From an uncultured archaeon (GTDB lineage Archaea; Asgardarchaeota; Lokiarchaeia; Sigyniarchaeales; Promethearchaeaceae), in assembly GCA_964426185.1 (NCBI GenBank), contig CAYRPF010000028.1, positions 3,194 through 35,193 on the forward strand: 32,000 bases of DNA, read 5' to 3'. Below, piece after piece: positions 7,414 through 16,033 of the stretch. The position numbers and the translations under genes are program-made. Under the pieces are notes generated by a model. That model was given only the letters and a program-made list of their open reading frames with translations. It was not told the origin of the DNA and searched no databases. Numbering within the stretch: the stretch's first letter is position 1; each line of letters begins with the position of its first letter.

Positions 7414-10002
7414 ATGATAGGGGATAATTCCAAGGTTTCATCCAAGATTTCTTTTGATATTTCATCCAAATCAACTGATTTTCTTAAGAAAAAATCTGAA
7501 ATTGATTATTCCATGCAAGAATTTACCACAATGTTTCACAATGTGCTTATAAAGATAAGAGATGAACTCCTCATCTCATTTTCTGAAAATCCGACATTAA
7601 TTAAACCTTCAAATGATTTATATGAATTTCTCAAAGATGAAACTCTTTTGGAGCTGAAAGATGAAAATTTTTTGCTTCAAGCTTCAGAAATGGGTGCATT
7701 CTATCTGTTGAATAAAATTTTTTATTATGAATTTATACGACAACAAGTTCGAGAATCACATGCCATAAAACTTCCCCAAATTTATTCCTCCAAATTATCT
7801 GAAAGTCTTCCTTGTCAAGTTTTGAAGAATTTTAAGATTCTTGAAGAACTATTTGAAGTCGCGCCAATATTCAGTAACAATCCTTATTTTAAAATCCTCG
7901 AAGTTTTTCCTTCATTCAATAATGTCATTGCCATACTCTCTACTTTTATTTCAGAGATAAGCCGTATGAACTTTCTGCATCTTCAAGTAGATTTTTTGGG
8001 GAATTTTTTTCAAGAATTATTACCTGGATTAGATCGAAAATTACTCGGCCAAATCTATACTCCTCCAGAAATTGCGAAACTAATGGTTGAGCTGGCTATC
8101 CGTTCACCTAATGATACGGTGCTGGATCCAGCTTGTGGATGTGGTAGTTTGCTTTTACAAAGTTATAGGCGCTTAAACAAGTTAAAAGATCAAAATATTT
8201 CAAAATCTTCCCCAAATTCGAAGGAATTTCTAAACTCCTTTCATAATCATGTATTAAATCAATTATGGGGGATCGAAATTAATCCTTTTCCAGCGCATAT
8301 TTCCATGCTATCTCTTTCACTCTTGAATTTATCATCCATAACTGATAGTGTGGGTATTTTTTTAGAGGATTTCCTTAAATTAGGCCCATTAAAAACGTAT
8401 ATAGTGAAATCGAAGAATTTACAAAATGGGCATATTATCACGCGCGTATTGCCTTCTTTTTTTGATGTTGTTATCGCCAACCCTCCATATATTAAACAGG
8501 AAAAAATCCCGAATAAGAAAGAAATGATGTGCCAATTACCCTTATTTGCTTCTCAAAGGGTTAATTTCCAAAAAAAAAGGAATTTTTCTGGTGAAATCCC
8601 TTCAAAAAAAAGAATTAAATTAGGTCTCACGGGAAAAACAGATTACTATGGCTTCTTCTTATGGTATGCTACCTATTTTTTGAAAGAAGGAGGTCGACTT
8701 TGCTTTATTCTTCCAAATAAGTGGATGGATGTTAAATATGGTGAAAAATTGAAGGAATTTCTATTGGCAAATTATAAAATTAATGCGATAATCGGATTTG
8801 ACCAGAATGTTTTCCCAAAAGCACAAGTTTCAACAGTAATTTTATTAGCAGACAGATGCAATTCAGCCACAATGCGTAAATCTACCGAAGTGCAGTTTCT
8901 TCGCCTGCAATCGCCGAAAGTTTTTCCCCTCATTACGAAGATATTAAAATCCAGAGATCAAGATGCTATTATTCCATCTAACGAGGGTGAATCTTTCAGT
9001 GGATCCCGTGAACTCACTAAACACAACCGAATTCAGAAGGATTTTCATCCAAATCTTCATAATATTACCTATATTTTTGACAATTCAATATCTGGCATTT
9101 CCCGAACAATAATCCGGCAAAAATTTCTGGATGCTGAAGAAAAATGGTCCATGAAGTATCTTTTTCAAAGCAGGTTCGCCCGTTTTCTGTCTCAATGTGA
9201 CCTTCTATCATTGGATAATGGAATTTTCACTCGAGTGGTAGGAGGAATTAAAACTGGAGCAAACGCATTTTTCTTTCCTTCTTCAGAATTAATCGAGCAA
9301 TTTTGTTTTCCTTCACATTATCTGAAACCTGGAATTCGTTCGGGGCGAAATTTACCCGATACTTTTATAATTAATTCATCCATCGACCTATTTGTATCAA
9401 TCCCTCCAGAATTAAATTCCCATGAATCTCCGGAAATTTCTGCCTACATAAAATACGGAGAAGAAAAAGAAAAATATCCCAAGCGACCTTCGCTGCATTG
9501 GAAACCTTGGTATGCAATTCCCGAAAGTCAACAAGATTCTCCTGATATATTATTTTTACGACATATTGATAAAAATTTTCGGGCTTTTTGGAATAAAATT
9601 GGGGCAATTGTTGCTGATGGAATACGGGGTATCAAGGTTTTAGATTCAAAATGGCTCTACTTTCTATTAGGTCTATGTAATTCCACCTTTTTTTATTGGC
9701 AAGCGCATATGTTAGGAAGGTGGGAAGGACAAGGTGATCTTCAATTATTGGTTTATGAACTAAGAAGATTTGTTATACCGAATTTAAACAAAATTTCAGA
9801 TAGGCAAAAATCTCGAGTGGTCCATGCGATGAAATCAATCTTAAGCAATTCTCCAAGGATAGATCAAGTTTCCCTTTCACAACAAGAATCATTAGACAGA
9901 GCAGTGCTGGCTTGTTTTGATTTAGAAGGAAAATATGACTTATTGGTGAAAGAAACTCTTGATTTGGAACGAAAACGTATAAATAAGGGGAAATCAGAGT
10001 AG
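7414..10002 (+). CDS. Large N6-adenine DNA methyltransferase (Eco57I/IIG-like) with a C-terminal target-recognition region
   Basis: GQIYTP, VLDPACGCGSLL, WGIEINP, DVVIANPPYI and LKEGGRLCFILP motifs. ATG 7414 is preferred over TTG 7405. Confidence 0.9.
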   Translation: MIGDNSKVSSKISFDISSKSTDFLKKKSEIDYSMQEFTTMFHNVLIKIRDELLISFSENPTLIKPSNDLYEFLKDETLLELKDENFLLQASEMGAFYLLNKIFYYEFIRQQVRESHAIKLPQIYSSKLSESLPCQVLKNFKILEELFEVAPIFSNNPYFKILEVFPSFNNVIAILSTFISEISRMNFLHLQVDFLGNFFQELLPGLDRKLLGQIYTPPEIAKLMVELAIRSPNDTVLDPACGCGSLLLQSYRRLNKLKDQNISKSSPNSKEFLNSFHNHVLNQLWGIEINPFPAHISMLSLSLLNLSSITDSVGIFLEDFLKLGPLKTYIVKSKNLQNGHIITRVLPSFFDVVIANPPYIKQEKIPNKKEMMCQLPLFASQRVNFQKKRNFSGEIPSKKRIKLGLTGKTDYYGFFLWYATYFLKEGGRLCFILPNKWMDVKYGEKLKEFLLANYKINAIIGFDQNVFPKAQVSTVILLADRCNSATMRKSTEVQFLRLQSPKVFPLITKILKSRDQDAIIPSNEGESFSGSRELTKHNRIQKDFHPNLHNITYIFDNSISGISRTIIRQKFLDAEEKWSMKYLFQSRFARFLSQCDLLSLDNGIFTRVVGGIKTGANAFFFPSSELIEQFCFPSHYLKPGIRSGRNLPDTFIINSSIDLFVSIPPELNSHESPEISAYIKYGEEKEKYPKRPSLHWKPWYAIPESQQDSPDILFLRHIDKNFRAFWNKIGAIVADGIRGIKVLDSKWLYFLLGLCNSTFFYWQAHMLGRWEGQGDLQLLVYELRRFVIPNLNKISDRQKSRVVHAMKSILSNSPRIDQVSLSQQESLDRAVLACFDLEGKYDLLVKETLDLERKRINKGKSE

Positions 10003-10068
10003 TTGCATATCTGTTTAATTATAAATTGTAACCCTAAATTTTATTATGTAGAACAACATATTGATCAT

Positions 10069-10956
10069 ATGGTATCTACATATCAATCTGTTTCGTCATT
10101 GATTTTGAATCAAAGAAAAATATGTGTGGTTACCGGTGGTACGGATGGAATTGGGAAGGCGATTGCCGCTCAATTGGCTTTGATCGGTCATTTTGTAATA
10201 ATTGTTGCCCGAAATGAACTAAAAGGTCAGCGAGTTGTTCAAGACATCAATGAAAAATGCTGTGAATCGCGCGTTGTATTCTACAGGGCTGATTTATCTC
10301 TTCTTGAGGAAACCCATCGAGTGTCTAATTTAATTTTGTCTCATTATTCTCGAATAGATCTATTAATAAACAATGCCGGGGTATTTTCTTCTGTACGCAA
10401 AGAAACCAAGGAGGGTTTTGAACTAACTTTTGCCTTAAATTATTTATCTCCAGTGTTGCTTACTATTTCATTACTTCCAGCACTTAAAGCAAGTCATTCT
10501 GCACGCATTCTTAACATGACATCGGTGGATCATAAGCTGGCTAGAATTAGGTTCAACGATCTCCAAAGTAATAAATATCCTCTTGGAACCCGCGCTTATG
10601 GGCAATCAAAATTAGCTTTAATGATGTTTACACGCACTTTAGCCAAGAAATTACAATCCTCAACTATTAGAGTAAATGCGATTCATCCAGGTATAATACG
10701 TACAAAAATTACCGAAAAAACACCTGGTTTTGAAGGTTTTATTACCAAGTGGCTGGTCAAGATATTCGGAACCCCGCTTGATAAATGCGTTAAGAATATT
10801 CTTCGGTTTGCACTGTCTCCCAAATTTGCTAATACAAATGGTGTATATTTTTCCAAAAATAGAATAGGAAGGTGTTCCCCTAGAGCTCGAAACACTAAAG
10901 CTGCCGAAAAATTATGGAAAATTACGTTAAAACTGGTGGAAGGGGACGTTGAATGA
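10069..10956 (+). CDS. Short-chain dehydrogenase/reductase (retinol dehydrogenase-like subgroup)
   Basis: VTGGTDGIG, LINNAG, YGQSK and IHPG motifs; likely start ATG 10069. Confidence 0.92.
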   Translation: MVSTYQSVSSLILNQRKICVVTGGTDGIGKAIAAQLALIGHFVIIVARNELKGQRVVQDINEKCCESRVVFYRADLSLLEETHRVSNLILSHYSRIDLLINNAGVFSSVRKETKEGFELTFALNYLSPVLLTISLLPALKASHSARILNMTSVDHKLARIRFNDLQSNKYPLGTRAYGQSKLALMMFTRTLAKKLQSSTIRVNAIHPGIIRTKITEKTPGFEGFITKWLVKIFGTPLDKCVKNILRFALSPKFANTNGVYFSKNRIGRCSPRARNTKAAEKLWKITLKLVEGDVE

Positions 10957-10989
10957 AAAGAATTCGTGAAAAAAATCCTTAATTTTGGC

Positions 10990-11865
10990 TTAAAAGTTAG
11001 TAATAAGCACTTCCGGAATGGCTCCGCGTTTTTTACCATTGCTGTTAATTGCTCTTTTTGCAGAAAGAGTGTGAATATTGTATTCAGAAAACAAATCTAA
11101 AATGAAATCACAGTAGGAATTTGATAGCATTATATTGCATCCAAGTTCGTTCAATTGTTTGATAATTTCCTTTAAACGAATTTGATCTTCCTTACGGAAC
11201 AACTCTTTGGTGTATCCGGTAAAATTTGAAGTTTTAGATAGAGGCATGTACGGGGGATCGAAATAAATAAGACTTTCTTGAGTAGCATAATCCAACACAG
11301 ATTCAAAGGAAGCTTCAATAATTTTAATGCCTTGCAGGGCTTCATGAACGGTTCGCAGGTTCTTTTCATCGCAAATTACTGGATTTTTGTATTTACCGAA
11401 GGGAACATTGAAGTATCCTTTGGAATTAACACGATAAAGACCGTTAAAACAGGTGCGGTTAAGGAAAATCGTGCGAGATGCCTTTTCCATTGGGCTTAAA
11501 TTAGCAAACGAAGAAAATCTGTCCAGCTCTCTGATTTGATAAAAGTATTCCTTTTCATTTTTGTGCTGTTTGAGATGTTCGATAAGTTCATCCACAGATT
11601 TCTGGATAACCTTATATACATTTATCAAAACTGGATTATTGTCAATTAGAACCGCATTTTCTGGAAGTAAATAGAAGAAAAGAGCGCCACCCCCCACAAA
11701 TGGCTCAATGTAGTGCTTAATTTTGGAAGGAATAAATGGATCTAATTGTTTTAAAAGCTGCCGTTTACCTCCTGCCCATTTCAGAAAAGGGTGCGGTTCT
11801 GAAACTATTTTAAGATTTTTTCTATTTTGTGCCCGCAATTTAGAGCGATCTAAGGTATCCGACAT
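10990..11865 (-). CDS. dam: Dam-family (D12 class) DNA adenine methylase
   Basis: PFLKWAGGKRQL, EPFVGGGA, FNGLYRVN and YFDPPY motifs. Confidence 0.92.
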   Translation of the reverse strand: MSDTLDRSKLRAQNRKNLKIVSEPHPFLKWAGGKRQLLKQLDPFIPSKIKHYIEPFVGGGALFFYLLPENAVLIDNNPVLINVYKVIQKSVDELIEHLKQHKNEKEYFYQIRELDRFSSFANLSPMEKASRTIFLNRTCFNGLYRVNSKGYFNVPFGKYKNPVICDEKNLRTVHEALQGIKIIEASFESVLDYATQESLIYFDPPYMPLSKTSNFTGYTKELFRKEDQIRLKEIIKQLNELGCNIMLSNSYCDFILDLFSEYNIHTLSAKRAINSNGKKRGAIPEVLITNF

Positions 11866-12000
11866 CTGTATGTAATAATTGAAGATAATTTAAAAGTTGC
11901 ATCATGTTATCGAGTTAATTTCACTAATATGGGAAAATTCCAGATGTCATTTCTTCAAAAAATAAACGGCGAAATCAAATTATAATTGTGATTCGTAAGC

Positions 12001-12051
12001 TTTAAATATTCATTTTTACTATTATAATATAGATGACAACTAAAAGTTGTC
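12001..12051 (+). promoter_or_regulatory. Putative archaeal promoter with a downstream 7-3-7 palindrome upstream of the hsp20 cluster
   Basis: TATA-like TTTAAATA at 12001-12008; GACAACT-AAA-AGTTGTC at 12035-12051. Confidence 0.55.
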
Positions 12052-12094
12052 TAATGGTTGAATAAATTATAAAAATAAAATTTAGGTGAGCAAC

Positions 12095-12448
12095 ATGACC
12101 GATGGTAAAAAAAATCAAACGAAAACCGAAGAAAATCCTAAAACTGATGAACACCGACTAAAATATCGAATTACACCAAAGTATGGTGTCTATACAGAAG
12201 ATGACAAAGTAATTTTACAAGTCGCAATCCCTGGTGTTAAAAAAGAAAACATTCAAATGAAGGCATTAAAAGATTATTTCACCTTGCGGGCTCAACGTGA
12301 TGAAGACACGGTTTACATGTTAGATTTGGACTTTGGGGTGAAGATCGAGCCAGAAAAAACTTCTTCGAGTTATGAAGAAGGACTATTACGCTTAGAATTT
12401 AAACGATTCAATCCCTTGGAGCACGCTTATACCGTTCCAATTCAATAA
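12095..12448 (+). CDS. Small heat shock protein (Hsp20/alpha-crystallin) 1
   Basis: IPGVKKENI, SYEEGLLRL and a C-terminal VPI motif; AGGTGA SD before ATG 12095. Confidence 0.88.
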   Translation: MTDGKKNQTKTEENPKTDEHRLKYRITPKYGVYTEDDKVILQVAIPGVKKENIQMKALKDYFTLRAQRDEDTVYMLDLDFGVKIEPEKTSSSYEEGLLRLEFKRFNPLEHAYTVPIQ

Positions 12449-12504
12449 TACATTTTTTTCTTTAACTAAAACGATAAATTTGAAAAAACAAAAAGGTGAT
12501 GAAT

Positions 12505-12864
12505 ATGGCACTCGTAGAAAATGAAAAATCCAAAGCAATGCAAGAATCAAAAACCAAAGAAGAACAAGATGAAGTCTATTATCGGGTTTTCCCCGACATG
12601 CGACGCCGAATCAACTACGAAGATAAGAAAATTTTCATCGAAGTTTCCCTCCCAGGAGTTAAAAAAGAAAACATTACTCTGAAAGTATTACCCACCTGGT
12701 TCCATTTAATTGGTCGACGCGGCCACATGGAATACAGTGCCAACCAAGCTTTTGGTGCTGAAGTGGTGCCTGAAAAAACTAAGGCAAAATATGACAACGG
12801 TTTGCTGGAAATAACCGCCTACATCCGTGATCCAATGGATGATGCTAAGGAAATTTCATTATAA
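12505..12864 (+). CDS. Small heat shock protein (Hsp20) 2
   Basis: LPGVKKENI and AKYDNGLLEI motifs; AGGTGA SD before ATG 12505. Confidence 0.9.
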   Translation: MALVENEKSKAMQESKTKEEQDEVYYRVFPDMRRRINYEDKKIFIEVSLPGVKKENITLKVLPTWFHLIGRRGHMEYSANQAFGAEVVPEKTKAKYDNGLLEITAYIRDPMDDAKEISL

Positions 12865-12956
12865 TTCAGAAAATATTCAATTTTTTAATTCTCTGTAAAT
12901 CTCTTTACAATAAATTATTAATATCAACCGTAAAAAAACCAAGAAGGTGATAGATT

Positions 12957-13328
12957 ATGTCAACAGTGGAAAAAGAAAAAGAAATGGTGGAAAAAAAGGA
13001 AGAAGTAGCTGAATCCAAAAAATCTGAGGAAGAAATCAAATATCGCATTCGTCCAACCCGATACTTGAATTATGATTGCATTGAAAACAAATGGGAAATG
13101 GAGTTTCATTTACCTGGTGTTCCAAAGGAGAATGTGAAATTTAAGATCTTAAACGATGCCTATTCTCTCGAAGCTAAGCGGGATCAAGCACTGTATCACT
13201 CTAGTGAGTATTTACCCTTTGAAATAGACACAGACAGCGTTAAAGCGGAGTACAACAATGGACTTCTATATGTGTCAGGAAAAATCAAAGATCCCATGGC
13301 TGATGCGGTAGAAATTAAATTGAACTAA
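12957..13328 (+). CDS. Small heat shock protein (Hsp20) 3
   Basis: LPGVPKENV, AEYNNGLLYV and a C-terminal IKL motif; AGGTGA SD. Confidence 0.9.
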   Translation: MSTVEKEKEMVEKKEEVAESKKSEEEIKYRIRPTRYLNYDCIENKWEMEFHLPGVPKENVKFKILNDAYSLEAKRDQALYHSSEYLPFEIDTDSVKAEYNNGLLYVSGKIKDPMADAVEIKLN

Positions 13329-13432
13329 AAAAAATGGTAATATAAAGCAAATCCAGCTAACTTAACATTTTTTTCTCATTCTTTCAATTCTATTTATTTT
13401 TTAACCGATTATTTCCTTTATATTAATGATAT

Positions 13433-14503
13433 ATGGGATCAGAAGATTCTAAATTACCTAAAATTCTTTTAATCGGAACCGGTGGGACCATTACTGCCCA
13501 AAAAATCGACCAAGCGTGGTCTCCCGGTAAATTCACCGAAGAAGATTTGCTCCAATTCATCCCGGAAATTCGCAAATTAGCCGAAATCGATACAACTAAC
13601 CTGTTCAACATAGATTCAGTCTGCATGCAGCCAAAGTATTGGGTAAAAATTGCCGAAACCATTCGAAAGGAGTATGATAATTATCAAGGTTTTGTGATCA
13701 CACACGGAACCGATACTTTACATTACACTGCTTCATCACTTTCCTTTTTGATGCAAAATTTGACTAAACCTGTTGTTTTAACCGGATCCATGGTGCCACC
13801 TCACGTTCTAGGGACTGATGCTTGGCGGAATTTAACTGATGCAATTAGGGTGGCGGTAGAAACGAAAATTCATGAGGTTTTGATCGTTTTCAATCGAAAA
13901 ATTCTCCGTGGCAATCGTACCAAGAAATTTCGGGAGGTGGAATTCGATGCCTATCAATCCATCGGGATGCAACCCATTGGAATAGTCGAACAAGACATTC
14001 GCTATTCGGGAGTCCCCTATTTTTCTCGAGATCAAAATGAAAAGCCAATATTTTACGATAAGATGGAATTGGAAGTCTGTATTCAAAAAATTACTCCTGG
14101 ATATAATCCCGAAATCATTGCTAAGTTGAGAGAAATTGGATATAAAGGTATAGTTACGGAAGGTTTTGGGTCGGGAAATATTCCAATTTATGAAAATTCG
14201 TTGATAAAAGAAATAGAGCAATCTACGCGGGCCAAAATACCTGTAATTGTATGTTCGCAATGTGCTATTGGATTTTCTTGGATGGATTTGTATGAATCGG
14301 GGAAAATGGCATTGATAGCGGGAGCAATTCCTGGATACGATATGATCGCTGAAACAGCTATGACTAAATTAATGTGGATTTTGGGTAACTTTCCTAATTT
14401 GACCATGGAAGAAATTCGTGCCAAGGTTTTGGAAGATGTTTCAGGTGAGATTTCATCAATAAAAACTCCTAAAGAAAAACGCGCTTGGGAATATGCATTT
14501 TAA
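13433..14503 (+). CDS. ansA: L-asparaginase, cytoplasmic type I
   Basis: IGTGGTIT, ITHGTDT, RGNRTKK, GFGSGN and CSQC motifs; lacks the GatD N-terminal domain. Confidence 0.92.
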   Translation: MGSEDSKLPKILLIGTGGTITAQKIDQAWSPGKFTEEDLLQFIPEIRKLAEIDTTNLFNIDSVCMQPKYWVKIAETIRKEYDNYQGFVITHGTDTLHYTASSLSFLMQNLTKPVVLTGSMVPPHVLGTDAWRNLTDAIRVAVETKIHEVLIVFNRKILRGNRTKKFREVEFDAYQSIGMQPIGIVEQDIRYSGVPYFSRDQNEKPIFYDKMELEVCIQKITPGYNPEIIAKLREIGYKGIVTEGFGSGNIPIYENSLIKEIEQSTRAKIPVIVCSQCAIGFSWMDLYESGKMALIAGAIPGYDMIAETAMTKLMWILGNFPNLTMEEIRAKVLEDVSGEISSIKTPKEKRAWEYAF

Positions 14504-14578
14504 CTAAAAAAGAAAAAGGTAAAAATTGTTACTTAAAAGAAAGATAGATAAAAAATATAGGATATTTTTATGTAAATA

Positions 14579-16030
14579 TCAACGATAAGCATCAAAACGG
14601 GGATTTGGCTCTAATTTTTTCATCATTTCTTTCAATCCCGGCTCTACCCCTTGTAATAACATATACCCCTTGTTAGGTTCTCTATTGGTGATTTCTCCCC
14701 TCAAGTTGGTGGTCATAATCTTTCTTACTTCTTCATAATTGCGTGTTTGCCCAAGTGTCCAAATCATTTTGGCATAAGCTGCGGAAGGCAACATGTTTGC
14801 ACCCTCAATCACCCCACGCGCCAACATATCACGCCCTGTTTCATAAACTCGTAGATTTGTAAAACCAAAAAGGGGTTCAACCACAATTGCCACTGGTATT
14901 TCTTCTTCTTGGGCTCGCTCTAATGCCTTAAAAAGATATGAACTAACATGTCCAAGTCCTGTTCCAATTATAACCATTCCATGATACTGCTTATCAATCA
15001 CTGAGTGAATCAAATCTTCATCCATTCCAGGATAGAAATAAAGCATTGCCACTCGTTCATCGATTTTATCGTTCAACCATGTATCTTCAATATTTCCCCG
15101 CCGCTTTACATCATCCTTCAGCCAAGTGATATTCTGATTGGCATCAATATAACCTAAAGGCATATCACTTAAAGTTCTAAATGCATCACGACGACTAGAG
15201 TGCATTTTTCTAACCCGAGTGCCTCGATGAATGAGGTTGTAGGAGTCGCTGGTGTTTCCGTGCATGGATACAACTACTTCTGCCAAGTCTGCATGGCCAG
15301 CAATGGTACTTGCATCAATAATATTTAATGGGCCATCGCTGGAAGGACGATCGCTGCTTCGCTGTGAACCTACGCAAACGATGGGACGGGCAAGATCTTG
15401 AAACATGAAAGAAAGAGCAGAGGCAGTATATGCCATTGTATCAGTTCCATGACCGATAATCACACCATCTGCCCCATTTTCAAACTCTTTCATTATTTCC
15501 CTTGCAGTTTTAACCCAATATTCGGGTTTGAAATTTTCACTTAAAATTCCATAGATTTTTTTTGGTGTGAGGTTACAAATATTCATTAATTCGGGAACAG
15601 CAGAAAATAGTTCCTCGGGGGTAAATGCAGGTAATACGGCACCGGTACGGTAGTCTAAACGACTTGCCACCGTTCCACCCGTTCCTAAAAGCGTGACATT
15701 AGGTAGTCCCGGTTTAAACTGGACGTTGACTTTGGGTAATTTATATGTCCCTTTCCGATAACCCAATTCTTCAATGTGACAATCATCGGTGATTCTCACA
15801 CCCACATTATATCCCGTATCTACTTTAATTACCAAGTAATCTTCAGAAGTATGTTCACTTCGCGGTAAAATGACACCTTCATATTCAGCTTTACCTCGAG
15901 TAACTTTTACCACACTCCAAACACCTACTCCTTCTTTAAGTAAGCGTTCTCGGAGTTTTCCCCTATAGCCGGTTGGTTCTTTCTGTAATGATTTTGATGA
16001 ATCAGATGTTTTAGTATTCGGTTCGGTCAT
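14579..16030 (-). CDS. gatD: Glu-tRNA(Gln) amidotransferase subunit D, copy 1
   Basis: GatD N-terminal domain (EGVILPR...GYNVGV), GTGGTVASRLDY, HGTDT, GSQRSSDRPSSD and RKMHSSRRDAF. Confidence 0.95.
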   Translation of the reverse strand: MTEPNTKTSDSSKSLQKEPTGYRGKLRERLLKEGVGVWSVVKVTRGKAEYEGVILPRSEHTSEDYLVIKVDTGYNVGVRITDDCHIEELGYRKGTYKLPKVNVQFKPGLPNVTLLGTGGTVASRLDYRTGAVLPAFTPEELFSAVPELMNICNLTPKKIYGILSENFKPEYWVKTAREIMKEFENGADGVIIGHGTDTMAYTASALSFMFQDLARPIVCVGSQRSSDRPSSDGPLNIIDASTIAGHADLAEVVVSMHGNTSDSYNLIHRGTRVRKMHSSRRDAFRTLSDMPLGYIDANQNITWLKDDVKRRGNIEDTWLNDKIDERVAMLYFYPGMDEDLIHSVIDKQYHGMVIIGTGLGHVSSYLFKALERAQEEEIPVAIVVEPLFGFTNLRVYETGRDMLARGVIEGANMLPSAAYAKMIWTLGQTRNYEEVRKIMTTNLRGEITNREPNKGYMLLQGVEPGLKEMMKKLEPNPRFDAYR

Positions 16031-16033
16031 TTT

